A stretch of DNA of 62,943 bases from an uncultured bacterium (GTDB lineage: Bacteria; Patescibacteriota; Minisyncoccia; UBA6257; GWB1-50-10): the NCBI GenBank assembly GCA_903847915.1, contig CAINEW010000024.1:1-62943 (forward strand). Reading direction: 5' to 3'. The translations under genes were made by a program, and so were the position numbers. Positions 44,348 through 53,464 of this stretch are shown piece by piece (the stretch's first letter is position 1; each line of letters starts with the position of its first letter). The notes under the pieces were generated by a model. It was not told where the DNA came from. It saw only the letters and a program-made list of their open reading frames with translations, and ran no database searches.

Positions 44348-44833
44348 ATGATTGTATTAGGTATTGATCCAGGAAGTGTGCGAGTGGGATATGGCGTCAT
44401 TAAGAAAGAAGGAGGAAATTGTAAGTATATTGAAAGCGGACTTCTTCCCATTCCCTCACCTCGTACTAAAGAAAGTTTACTTATTGCGGACACCTCATTT
44501 AACGCACTTCTGCTTCGTATAAAACCAGATCGTATTGGCATCGAAAAACTTTTTTTTACTAAAAATAAAAAAACGGGCATGACAGTTGCAGAAACACGCG
44601 GCGTATTGCTCCGCTCAATACTTGCACGCCACATCCCCTTTGTAGAAATCGCTCCCTCTGAAATGAAGGGTGCTATTACGGGTAATGGAAACGCGAACAA
44701 AGAAGCGGTAGCAAAGATGATGCGCTACATGCTTCACATTCCTTCAAGCACACCAAAACTCATTGATGACGCGAGTGACGCACTCGCACTTGCAATCACT
44801 GCCGCACATCACGAATCATTCTTGACAAAATAA
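44348..44833 (+). CDS. ruvC: crossover junction endodeoxyribonuclease RuvC
   Basis: 161 aa with MIVLGIDPGSVRVGYGVI and the C-terminal DASDALALAI. Confidence 0.92.
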   Translation: MIVLGIDPGSVRVGYGVIKKEGGNCKYIESGLLPIPSPRTKESLLIADTSFNALLLRIKPDRIGIEKLFFTKNKKTGMTVAETRGVLLRSILARHIPFVEIAPSEMKGAITGNGNANKEAVAKMMRYMLHIPSSTPKLIDDASDALALAITAAHHESFLTK

Positions 44834-44929
44834 TCTCGTTCGCTATACTTCTCCCTAAAATCGTCAGAAATCACACAATAATATTGTTTGTGTGTTAAAT
44901 AAAAGGTCGTAGAAACCAAAGACACTACA

Positions 44930-45130
44930 ATGGCAGAAGAAGATATTATAGACGAAGAAGAAAATCTTGATGAAGACGGGCTATCTCCATCAGTTACTAA
45001 GCCAAAAAAGAAAAATGATGATGGGATCCTTGATCCCGGAGACGCGTCAGATGAAGAATTATTAAGCAACGACGGAGAATCAAATGATTTTCACACCGAA
45101 GATTATAGCGACGGAAAAGCAGAGTGGTAA
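44930..45130 (+). CDS. small highly acidic hypothetical protein
   Basis: 66 aa and D/E-rich. A terminator hairpin follows. No family recognised. Confidence 0.4.
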   Translation: MAEEDIIDEEENLDEDGLSPSVTKPKKKNDDGILDPGDASDEELLSNDGESNDFHTEDYSDGKAEW

Positions 45131-45146
45131 TTATGTCCCTTCTATA

Positions 45147-45171
45147 AAATACCCTTTCTATAAGGGTATTT
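45147..45171 (+). terminator. intrinsic terminator
   Basis: aaataccctt-tctat-aagggtattt followed by Ts. Confidence 0.55.
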
Positions 45172-45208
45172 TTGTTCTATCGCAAAAAGAACGCTACAAT
45201 AAAAGGGT

Positions 45209-47653
45209 ATGAAAAAAACACATAAACGAAAAACAATAAAAATAATCGAGTACATTCTTTTGGGAATAGTCGCGTTTTTTATTATAGGCGCAGGATATGT
45301 TCTCTTTCTCATACGAAATCTCCCTTCTCCTTCTGATTTGAGCACACGAGAAATTGCTGAATCCACCAAAATATACGATCGCACAGGAACGGTTCTTCTT
45401 TATGAAATTCACGGAGACGAAAAGCGCACTATAATTTCTTTCGATCAAATTCCCGACATAGTGAAACAGGCAACACTCGCCGCGGAAGACCTTGGTTTTT
45501 ACACCGAACCCGCATTTGATTGGAAAGCAATTGGACGCGCTATAATCACCAACATAAAAAAGAGAGAGTTTTCACAAGGTGGATCTACAATCACCCAACA
45601 ACTTGTTAAAAATGTGTTTCTTACTTCAGAAAAGACTATCACGCGAAAAATAAAAGAGTTAGTACTTGCAGTACAATTAGAATCAAAATATAACAAAGAT
45701 GATATTTTAGGGCTTTATCTCAATCAAATCCCTTACGGATCAAATGCCTACGGCATTGAAGCGGCGAGTCAAACCTATTTCAGTATTTCCGCGCGCGATC
45801 TTACTCTCGAAAAAGCCGCCACACTTGCCGCACTCCTCAAGGCGCCCAGCTATTATTCTCCATGGGGAACACACACAAAAGAGCTTCTTAATAGAAAAAA
45901 TTATGTCTTGAATCGCATGGAAGAAGCGGGTTATATTTCAAAAAAACAAAACGAGCAATCACAAAAAAAAGAATTAGTGTTCTCTCCTCCTTCTCTTGGT
46001 CTTATTAAAGCACCCCATTTCTCGCTCGCAGTAAAAGATTATCTTATTAATCGCTATGGAGAATACACTGTTACTCATGGCGGCCTAAATGTCATCACAA
46101 CACTTGATATGAAACTTCAAGGCTTTGCAGAAGAGGCGGTCCATGCAGGCGCACTACGCAACAATGAACTTTATGGAAGCAAAAACGCAGCACTCGTTGC
46201 CCAAGACCCAAAAACAGGCCAAATACTCGCGCTTGTAGGGTCTTATGATTATTTTGATATTAAAAACGACGGCAATTTCAACGTAGCAACACAAGGACTC
46301 CGTCAACCAGGTTCCGCACTCAAACCATTTGTATACATGACCGCGTTTCAAAAAGGATATTCTCCTAAAACAATTCTTTATGACGTCTCTACAGAATTTG
46401 ATACACGCAACGACTTAGAACACAGTTATCGTCCTGAAAATTTTGATGGCGCTGTTCATGGCCCTATCGCAATGGAAAACGCGCTTGCACGATCACTCAA
46501 TATTCCCGCAGTAAAAACACTCTATCTTGCAGGATTTGATAACGTCTTAAACAACCTCCATGCATTTGGCATTACCACCCTAAACGAACGATGGCGTTAT
46601 GGACTCTCACTTACTTTAGGAGGAGGAGAAGTACATCTTATTGATTTAGTAAACGCATACAGCACACTAAGCCAAGAAGGAATACACCACACACAAACAT
46701 TAGTATTAAAAATTTCAGACAACAACCACAATACCCTAGAAGAATACCACGATGATACAAATCGAGTAATTGACCCACAATTCCCCCGTCTTATAACCAA
46801 CATTCTTTCTGACCCTGAACTCCGCGCGCCTATTTTTGGATCAACACTTTCACTCACAATTTTCCCTAATCGTGAAGTAGCCCTTAAAACAGGAACATCG
46901 GAAGACCACAGAGACGCATGGACGGTAGGTTATACCCCCTCACTTGCGGTGGGTGTGTGGGCAGGCAACAACGACAATACTCCCATGATTCGCCAAGGGA
47001 GCTCTATCCTTGCTGCAGTGCCTATTTGGCACGCGTTTTTAGATAAGGCGCTTTCTCTTTACCAAGAAGAGGTATTTGTGCGTCCCGATACAATTTCTCT
47101 TCCCACAAAACCGATGCTTAATGGGGAAGCAGAATACACTCCGATTATTAATGGAAAAAAATATCCACAATTACATTCAATCCTCTATTATATAGACAAA
47201 AACAATCCACTTGGCGACATTCCCAACAATCCAGAAAACGACTCTCAATTCAATCAATGGGAAAGAGGTGTTCTTAATTGGGCAAGTATAAATATTCCTC
47301 GATTCTCAGAATATAATTTACCACTCCCTGAGGGTACTTTTTCTTCATTTAATGAATTAAATCAACAAAGTAGTGCCTCGGATATACCGACAATTTCCTT
47401 CCTTAAACTACACAACGGAGATTTCATACGGCCACCTCTTACTATTGGAGCAGATATATCTTCAAAAGAAGATCTTGCGCGTATAGAATTTTATCTTAAT
47501 AAGCGCATCATAAATGGATTTCCTATAAATGGAAAAAAATATCACTACGAATACCACGTCGAGGGATCACTTGATCCACAAAATCTTTTCGAGTTGAAAG
47601 TGATCACACAATCAGGAAAACAGGGAAGCGCAACTTTATTGTTATTTCGTTAA
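45209..47653 (+). CDS. bifunctional class A penicillin-binding protein (PBP1A type)
   Basis: 814 aa with an N-terminal anchor, glycosyltransferase motifs (AAEDLGFY, GGSTITQQLVKN, RKIKE) and transpeptidase motifs SALKPF, SLN and KTGTS. Confidence 0.9.
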   Translation: MKKTHKRKTIKIIEYILLGIVAFFIIGAGYVLFLIRNLPSPSDLSTREIAESTKIYDRTGTVLLYEIHGDEKRTIISFDQIPDIVKQATLAAEDLGFYTEPAFDWKAIGRAIITNIKKREFSQGGSTITQQLVKNVFLTSEKTITRKIKELVLAVQLESKYNKDDILGLYLNQIPYGSNAYGIEAASQTYFSISARDLTLEKAATLAALLKAPSYYSPWGTHTKELLNRKNYVLNRMEEAGYISKKQNEQSQKKELVFSPPSLGLIKAPHFSLAVKDYLINRYGEYTVTHGGLNVITTLDMKLQGFAEEAVHAGALRNNELYGSKNAALVAQDPKTGQILALVGSYDYFDIKNDGNFNVATQGLRQPGSALKPFVYMTAFQKGYSPKTILYDVSTEFDTRNDLEHSYRPENFDGAVHGPIAMENALARSLNIPAVKTLYLAGFDNVLNNLHAFGITTLNERWRYGLSLTLGGGEVHLIDLVNAYSTLSQEGIHHTQTLVLKISDNNHNTLEEYHDDTNRVIDPQFPRLITNILSDPELRAPIFGSTLSLTIFPNREVALKTGTSEDHRDAWTVGYTPSLAVGVWAGNNDNTPMIRQGSSILAAVPIWHAFLDKALSLYQEEVFVRPDTISLPTKPMLNGEAEYTPIINGKKYPQLHSILYYIDKNNPLGDIPNNPENDSQFNQWERGVLNWASINIPRFSEYNLPLPEGTFSSFNELNQQSSASDIPTISFLKLHNGDFIRPPLTIGADISSKEDLARIEFYLNKRIINGFPINGKKYHYEYHVEGSLDPQNLFELKVITQSGKQGSATLLLFR

Positions 47654-47654
47654 A

Positions 47655-48767
47655 TTAAAGACGAAGAGGCATCACAATATACAAAAGAGAAGCATCAGAA
47701 GGATGAATCACAGACACGGGACGATCAGAACTCGTCATACCAAGAGTTATTTCTTCACATGTATAAATTTTCAATCCATCAAGAAGATATTTCCAATTAA
47801 ACATAAGTGGTACAATATTTCCTTTTTGTTTTATGGGAACACGGTAGTGATTTTCTCCCACGCTCGCATCACGAGAATAGAGTTCGATGTGTCCTCCATG
47901 TTCACCCATACGAAGCGCAATATCGTTGGCTTTTCCAGAAAGTGAACTTGTTAGTTTTATTGCATTAATAAGTTCTTCGCGATTGATAGTAAGAAATCCT
48001 TTTGTTTCTTTAGGAATAATCGCTTGATAATCAGGAAATCGCCCATCAATAAGTCGAGAAACAAATCGAGTATTAGCAGTCCTTAAAATAATCTGATTAG
48101 TATCAATTTCAAGAATAACCAACTCTTCTTTTTGGTTAAAAATACGAACAATTTCCTCAACAGCACGAAAAGGAATAATAAAAGAGTCGATGTGTCCCTC
48201 ATACACAATTTCTTTTGCACGAAGCGTCTTTTCAGCAAGACGAAAGCTATCAGTTGCAACAAATACTAATCCTTCGTCTTTATAATGCACGTACACACCA
48301 CTAATTTCCGGACGTATCTCTGAATAGTGGGTTGCTGGGAAAACCGCCCCCAACGCGTCTTTAAGCATATATGAAGGCATTGTAATAGACGACCCTTTAT
48401 TTTGAAGAGGAGGAATAGGAGGAAAATCTTTTGCGTCTTGACCCTGAATAGTCGCATCATAATTATCAGTAGTAATAACAATCTGAAAAAGATCATTGCT
48501 TTCGATAGTAATACGTTCACTTGGAATGTTTTTTATAATAGAAGAAAAGAGAGTACACGGAAACGCACATTCGCCCTCTTCAAGAATTTTTCCAGAAAGA
48601 GTATGCTCTACCGCAATTTCTAAATTTGTTGCAGTAATTACAATCTTACCATCACAAGCATTCACAAGAATATTTTTAAGAATAGGAAGGTTACTTGTAA
48701 AACCAGTAGCGCGTTCCACAAGAGTAAGTGCTTCTATTAGATTATTCTTTAATATAATACATTTCAT
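47655..48767 (-). CDS. dnaN: DNA polymerase III beta sliding clamp
   Basis: 370 aa with a three-domain beta-clamp layout, lying immediately downstream of dnaA. Confidence 0.9.
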   Translation of the reverse strand: MKCIILKNNLIEALTLVERATGFTSNLPILKNILVNACDGKIVITATNLEIAVEHTLSGKILEEGECAFPCTLFSSIIKNIPSERITIESNDLFQIVITTDNYDATIQGQDAKDFPPIPPLQNKGSSITMPSYMLKDALGAVFPATHYSEIRPEISGVYVHYKDEGLVFVATDSFRLAEKTLRAKEIVYEGHIDSFIIPFRAVEEIVRIFNQKEELVILEIDTNQIILRTANTRFVSRLIDGRFPDYQAIIPKETKGFLTINREELINAIKLTSSLSGKANDIALRMGEHGGHIELYSRDASVGENHYRVPIKQKGNIVPLMFNWKYLLDGLKIYTCEEITLGMTSSDRPVSVIHPSDASLLYIVMPLRL

Positions 48768-48918
48768 AGTAGGAGTAGTAGAGAGTGTGAAGAATGGGGA
48801 TAAGTGAAAATAAGATTATAGGATATAGATTATTTTGTTTTTCTTTTTATCATATCATGGGGAAAATTATATGCGCTATACCCAGCACCACAATACAATC
48901 TCTATTCTTATCCACTTA

Positions 48919-50304
48919 TTATACTGTTTTATACACACGTTCTTTAATAAGGTTTATTTTTTGGTTTAACGACGGATTTTGGCTGATTTCTTTTGTAATT
49001 TTTTCATAAGCATGGATGGCAGTAGTATGATCTCTCTTCCCCAGTTTTTCCCCAATGTGCGGATAGGAGAGTTTAAGAATGTCGCGCAAAAGATACATTG
49101 CAATTTGTCGCGGCTCTACCACCTCTTGTTTTCTGCTGCGATCGGTAAGGTCAGAGGGAGATACCTCATAAAAATCAGCTACTGTTTTAATCACCTCGTT
49201 CGCGGTAATGTTTTTTGACGCAACTTGTACCACTTCGCCTATGATTTCCTCTATTTTTTTTGCGTCCACTGTTTCTTGTTTGTATTGTTGATAAAAAGCA
49301 ACTTTATTAAGTACGCCCTCAAGTTCTCGTACATTACGTTGTACTTTTGAGGCAATGGTGTGGAGTATTTTTTCATCAATATTCCACCCTTGGTCCTGAT
49401 TTTTTGATTTAAGAATAGCAAGGCGCATTTCGAAATCGGGGTTGCTAATATCAACAATCATTCCTGCTTCAAAACGAGAGCGAAGACGATCTTCTAAAGT
49501 GGGAATAGCTGCGGGAGCGCGATCAGACGAAATAATTATTTGTTTATTCGTCTCATGGAGTGCGTTAAACGTATAGAAGAATTCAAGTTCGGTGCTTGTT
49601 TTTCCTCCAATAAATTGAATATCATCAATAATAAGCACGTCTACGTCACGATATTTCTTTTTCATATCATCAGTGCGTTTGTTGCGAATTGCCCAAACTA
49701 CGTCATTAATAAATTTTTCAGAAGTGATATAAAGTACGTTCGTAGCACCTTTATATTCTTCAATGATTGCGTTACCTGCCGCCTGAAGAAGGTGGGTTTT
49801 GCCTAGTCCTACTCCCCCATACACAAAAAGCGGGTTATATTTTTTCCCTACGTGTTTAATTACTGCTTGGGTAGCAGCATAAGCAAGCTCATTGGAAGAT
49901 CCTACCACAAACGAAGCAAAGGTGTAGCGTGGATTAAGATTGGTTTTTGGGTCAATACGTAATTCAGTAATAGGAAGCTGCGACTTCTCTTCGGTGAGCG
50001 CTCCTTGAGCAGAAGCGCGTGGCACGGTTTTAACAGAAGGAGGTACCGCGGTGCGCGTAGAAACCACATAATCCACATTTTTAATAGACGAATCAATAGT
50101 GCGGAGCGAAGAGAGAATAAGTTTATGATAGCGTGTTTTAACCCATTCTTTAGCAAAATTATTAGGTAAACTCACAAGCGCCACCCCCTCTTTTGTGTTT
50201 TGCTCAACCAATTCACTATGTTTGAGCCATGTAAGAAAATTTGGACGCGAAATCTGCAATTCTATTTCACCAAGTACTGTTTGCCATATATTTTTTGGTT
50301 CCAT
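48919..50304 (-). CDS. dnaA: chromosomal replication initiator DnaA
   Basis: 461 aa with GGVGLGKTHLL, sensor motifs and the C-terminal DnaA-box-binding HTH (RDHTTAIHAYEKI). Confidence 0.95.
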   Translation of the reverse strand: MEPKNIWQTVLGEIELQISRPNFLTWLKHSELVEQNTKEGVALVSLPNNFAKEWVKTRYHKLILSSLRTIDSSIKNVDYVVSTRTAVPPSVKTVPRASAQGALTEEKSQLPITELRIDPKTNLNPRYTFASFVVGSSNELAYAATQAVIKHVGKKYNPLFVYGGVGLGKTHLLQAAGNAIIEEYKGATNVLYITSEKFINDVVWAIRNKRTDDMKKKYRDVDVLIIDDIQFIGGKTSTELEFFYTFNALHETNKQIIISSDRAPAAIPTLEDRLRSRFEAGMIVDISNPDFEMRLAILKSKNQDQGWNIDEKILHTIASKVQRNVRELEGVLNKVAFYQQYKQETVDAKKIEEIIGEVVQVASKNITANEVIKTVADFYEVSPSDLTDRSRKQEVVEPRQIAMYLLRDILKLSYPHIGEKLGKRDHTTAIHAYEKITKEISQNPSLNQKINLIKERVYKTV

Positions 50305-50480
50305 AGATGAAAAGAAATTCTCTTATTCCCTCAATAATATGCTCATTATAGAAAGTTTCAATAGCATTTTTAAGAGAGAAGATAAGAGGAGTGGATTTCC
50401 TGTGGATAAGTATACCCCCTAAACAAATAAAAACAAAAGGAGTTGCAAAAAGAGTGTGGTGTGCTATGATAAAAACTCAT
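50305..50480. promoter_or_regulatory. dnaA/rpmH divergent control region, candidate oriC segment
   Basis: A perfect DnaA box TGTGGATAA (reverse complement of TTATCCACA) lies at 50401..50409, in AT-rich flanks. Two 8/9 boxes also lie in the dnaA-dnaN spacer, at 48795..48803 and 48908..48916. Confidence 0.5.
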
Positions 50481-50615
50481 ATGAAAAGAACGTGGCAACC
50501 AAAAAAGAAGAAAAGAGCGCGCACTCATGGGTTTTTAAAAAGAACCAAGAGCCCAGGAGGGCGAAAAACCCTCACAAGGAGACGGCAGAAAGGAAGAAAA
50601 AAACTTGCGGTGTAG
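50481..50615 (+). CDS. rpmH: 50S ribosomal protein L34
   Basis: [44 protein letters not shown], 44 aa. The start is set at the internal ATG at 50481. Confidence 0.93.
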   Translation: MKRTWQPKKKKRARTHGFLKRTKSPGGRKTLTRRRQKGRKKLAV

Positions 50616-50629
50616 TTGTTGTTGATATT

Positions 50630-50881
50630 ATGGCGCTTCTTGTGCGAAAAGCGGTAGGAAGCGGAAACCACATTATTTCTATTTCAAAAAATGTGATAAA
50701 AAAGGCGGTGGTACGCAACACCGTGCGGAGAAGAATACGTGCAATCCTCCGCGCTCTTCCACTTTCTAATTCTCATCTCCGTCTTATGATAATTGTACGA
50801 TCAGACGTGAGTAATGAATCATTTAAAAGTCTTACTGAAGAGGTGTATGCTTCGGTGAGGCGACTATTCCCCTCTTTATAA
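50630..50881 (+). CDS. rnpA: ribonuclease P protein component (short form)
   Basis: ISISKNVIKKAVVRNTVRRRIRAIL matches the RNR-motif region of RnpA, and the gene follows rpmH as usual. With the ATG at 50630 it is only 83 aa. Confidence 0.7.
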   Translation: MALLVRKAVGSGNHIISISKNVIKKAVVRNTVRRRIRAILRALPLSNSHLRLMIIVRSDVSNESFKSLTEEVYASVRRLFPSL

Positions 50882-50887
50882 TCTACT

Positions 50888-51577
50888 ATGTTCTCATTTT
50901 TTCACACTATTCTCTACGAGCCAATCCTTTCATCGCTTGTATTTATTTATAATAATCTCTCATTTAATGACTTGGGCCTTGCAATTACCATACTTACAAT
51001 TGCAATTCGTGTAGTACTCTTCCCCTTTTTCTATAAAAGCGCAAAAGATCAAGCACTTATGCAACGCATTCAGCCACGCATAAAGGAGATTCAAGTAAAC
51101 AACAAAACCAACAAAGAACAACAAGCGAAAGAATTAATGGCGCTTTATAAAGAACACAAACTCAACCCCTTTTCAGGGCTCTTATTATTAGTAATTCAAT
51201 TACCAGTATTTATCGTGCTTTTTCAAGTCTTTTCAAAAGGGCTTTCAGTGGATTTATTTGACAATCACACGCTTTTCGGCTTAATTAATCTTGGGAATCC
51301 TCATATAGTAATTGCGCTTATTGCTGCAGGATTGCAATGGATTCAAGGGAAATTAACGCTCGCGGTGGCACCTAAACAAGAAACGGGTGATAAGGGCTCA
51401 TTCGCCTCATCGCTCGCCTCTACAGGCAAAATGATGGTGATTGCAGGCCCTCTCTTAACCCTTTTAGTGCTTGCGCGTCTCCCTGCGGCGCTTGGTCTCT
51501 ACTGGACAATCTCTAATCTTTTCTCGGTAATACAACAAATACATATCAATAAAAAAATTCACCAATCTCCTTTCTAA
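50888..51577 (+). CDS. yidC: membrane protein insertase YidC (short Oxa1-like form)
   Basis: 229 aa with 5 TM helices. The motifs ...LTIAIRVVLFP...Q..MQ..QP....IQ......Q.E.M.LYKEHK.NP..G are present. Confidence 0.88.
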   Translation: MFSFFHTILYEPILSSLVFIYNNLSFNDLGLAITILTIAIRVVLFPFFYKSAKDQALMQRIQPRIKEIQVNNKTNKEQQAKELMALYKEHKLNPFSGLLLLVIQLPVFIVLFQVFSKGLSVDLFDNHTLFGLINLGNPHIVIALIAAGLQWIQGKLTLAVAPKQETGDKGSFASSLASTGKMMVIAGPLLTLLVLARLPAALGLYWTISNLFSVIQQIHINKKIHQSPF

Positions 51578-51583
51578 ATAACC

Positions 51584-52021
51584 ATGAACGAACTCCGTAC
51601 ACAACTCCATACACTTCTCACATTGATGGGATTTGAAGATCCAGGCGTAGAAGTAAACGAAGAATATCGTAAAGTGTCGTTAATACTTGACGATAATTAT
51701 GTGCGCGAAAATATTTTAATTGTCCTTTCCGCATTTGAACATTTAGTAAATTTAATGGTGCGCAAACAACAAGAGGAATATGCAGCTCCTTACGTGGTGG
51801 ATGTGAATTTCTATCGCAAAGAACGTGAACGGCTTATTTCCGAACTTGCCCGCGCCGCAGCAAAAAAAGCATTGATGACAAAACAAGAAGTAGAGCTCCC
51901 CGCGATGAATGCGTATGAGCGTCGATTGGTGCATATGGAAATCACGACTCACCCCGAACTTAAAACAGAAAGCATGGGCACCGGCAAAGAACGAAGAGTA
52001 ATTATTAAGCGATTAGAATAA
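51584..52021 (+). CDS. jag: Jag/KhpB-like R3H RNA-binding protein
   Basis: 145 aa with a KH-like region and R3H (NAYERRLVH). It sits in the conserved position after yidC. Confidence 0.8.
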   Translation: MNELRTQLHTLLTLMGFEDPGVEVNEEYRKVSLILDDNYVRENILIVLSAFEHLVNLMVRKQQEEYAAPYVVDVNFYRKERERLISELARAAAKKALMTKQEVELPAMNAYERRLVHMEITTHPELKTESMGTGKERRVIIKRLE

Positions 52022-52042
52022 TTATTGATAACATAATAACAA

Positions 52043-52068
52043 AACAGTATACCTTCGGTATGCTGTTT
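52043..52068. terminator. intrinsic terminator after jag
   Basis: aacagtatacc-ttcg-ggtatgctgtt, an 11-bp stem with one G.U pair and a UUCG loop. Confidence 0.6.
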
Positions 52069-52215
52069 CTAGTTTCTATTCTTATCTATATTTATGCATT
52101 ATCATAGGATCGTACGATAATATATAAAAATACTTATATCTCACGATCGTAAGATATAAGTAAAAATAACAACATCTCCCGAGGCGTATTAATTATGTAG
52201 TTAAAAAGTACAAAG

Positions 52216-52238
52216 TTTCACGATCGTGAAATCTTGTA
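52216..52238. promoter_or_regulatory. conserved palindromic motif TTTCACGATCGTGAAATCTTGTA (copy 2)
   Basis: Identical to 37560..37582. Two related palindromes lie upstream: ATCGTACGAT at 52109..52118 and tatatctcacgatcgtaagatata at 52135..52158. Confidence 0.6.
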
Positions 52239-52312
52239 TAAATATAATAAAACCAAGCTTCAATGGGCGAAAATATTAATAAGCGAGAAATAAGAAAGGA
52301 AAAAGAAACAAA

Positions 52313-53461
52313 CTACTGAGCGAGGCGGTAGAGTTGTTTATCGTACCGATTGATAAAATAGAGGCCATTCACCCCCTCTTCTAGGCGGGTGCCATCAATA
52401 GCGCCGGTAAGAATAATAGGTTCAAAGTCGCCAGAGGGGAAATCAATGCGATAGAGTGTGTCGTGTGTAAAAAACGCATGGCGGAAGTAGTCGTCAGGAA
52501 GTATTCGGGTGAGGGATTCAAATTCAGACGCTTGGGGCACAAAGCAATAGAGCTCTCCCTCCCCTCCCTCAAATTGCCCTTCGCTACATTTGTCCGGGAA
52601 GGTGGTAAAAGGGAAAGGCATAGCAAGCGCAAGCGTGGCGCCCTCAAGGATGCGGAATTGACGAGGAAGTGAAAATTGGAATGCGATTTGATTATGAGAA
52701 CCCCATGAAAGATAGCTCCCCTCTTCTCCTTCGCGGAAAAGCGTAAGGGCAAGCGTTGTAAAATTCAATTTCCATGTACGTGCGCCATAGGTTGCAGACG
52801 GCCGTTCGGAAATAAGTAATTCTTGATCAGAAAATATCTTGAGTGTTACGTCATGTAAATTAAAATTTTTGATAAGCATCTTATAAACAGGAGGGGTTTT
52901 AGAAATGTCCGCGCGCACCAAATCCGTTTGAGATGAGTTTTTTTGTGTAGTCGCGATTAATTCTTCATCTTTCGTGCCCCATGTCGCCATAAGAATATCC
53001 CTCGGGAGCGGGCGCCACACCTTATCAATTACATCAAAAATCCCCCACTGTGGTGCACGCGGGTCACCGAACGAAGCCAAGATCTTTTCGGTGCTCGGAG
53101 ATAGTTGAATGGCGTTTAAGGCGTCAATTGTTTGTGCAGAAACTTCAAGATCCGGTCCCTCGCGCGCCGCATACACCTTTCCCTCGGGGGTCAGATAATA
53201 CACTTCGCTGGTATTCTGATTAATCCAATAATCAAACACTTGATGTTCCGAAAGTTTTTTAGATTGCGGCATTTCAGGAGATAGAGGCGACGAAGAAGTG
53301 GGGGCTTTAAGAGGGGTGCTCGCAGGAAATCCACTGCTTGTGGAAGACGAAAAGGAATTAGGAGGGTTTTCAGGTACGGCAGAACTCCAGATTAAATAAA
53401 CAATAAAACCAAGTATAAGAATCACGCCGACCACAATAAGTTTTTTATAAAGAGGTTTCAT
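52313..53461 (-). CDS. hypothetical membrane-anchored extracytoplasmic protein (last gene of T4SS-like cluster)
   Basis: 382 aa with an N-terminal TM helix, then an S/P-rich linker. No family recognised. Confidence 0.5.
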   Translation of the reverse strand: MKPLYKKLIVVGVILILGFIVYLIWSSAVPENPPNSFSSSTSSGFPASTPLKAPTSSSPLSPEMPQSKKLSEHQVFDYWINQNTSEVYYLTPEGKVYAAREGPDLEVSAQTIDALNAIQLSPSTEKILASFGDPRAPQWGIFDVIDKVWRPLPRDILMATWGTKDEELIATTQKNSSQTDLVRADISKTPPVYKMLIKNFNLHDVTLKIFSDQELLISERPSATYGARTWKLNFTTLALTLFREGEEGSYLSWGSHNQIAFQFSLPRQFRILEGATLALAMPFPFTTFPDKCSEGQFEGGEGELYCFVPQASEFESLTRILPDDYFRHAFFTHDTLYRIDFPSGDFEPIILTGAIDGTRLEEGVNGLYFINRYDKQLYRLAQ

Positions 53462-53464
53462 AAA

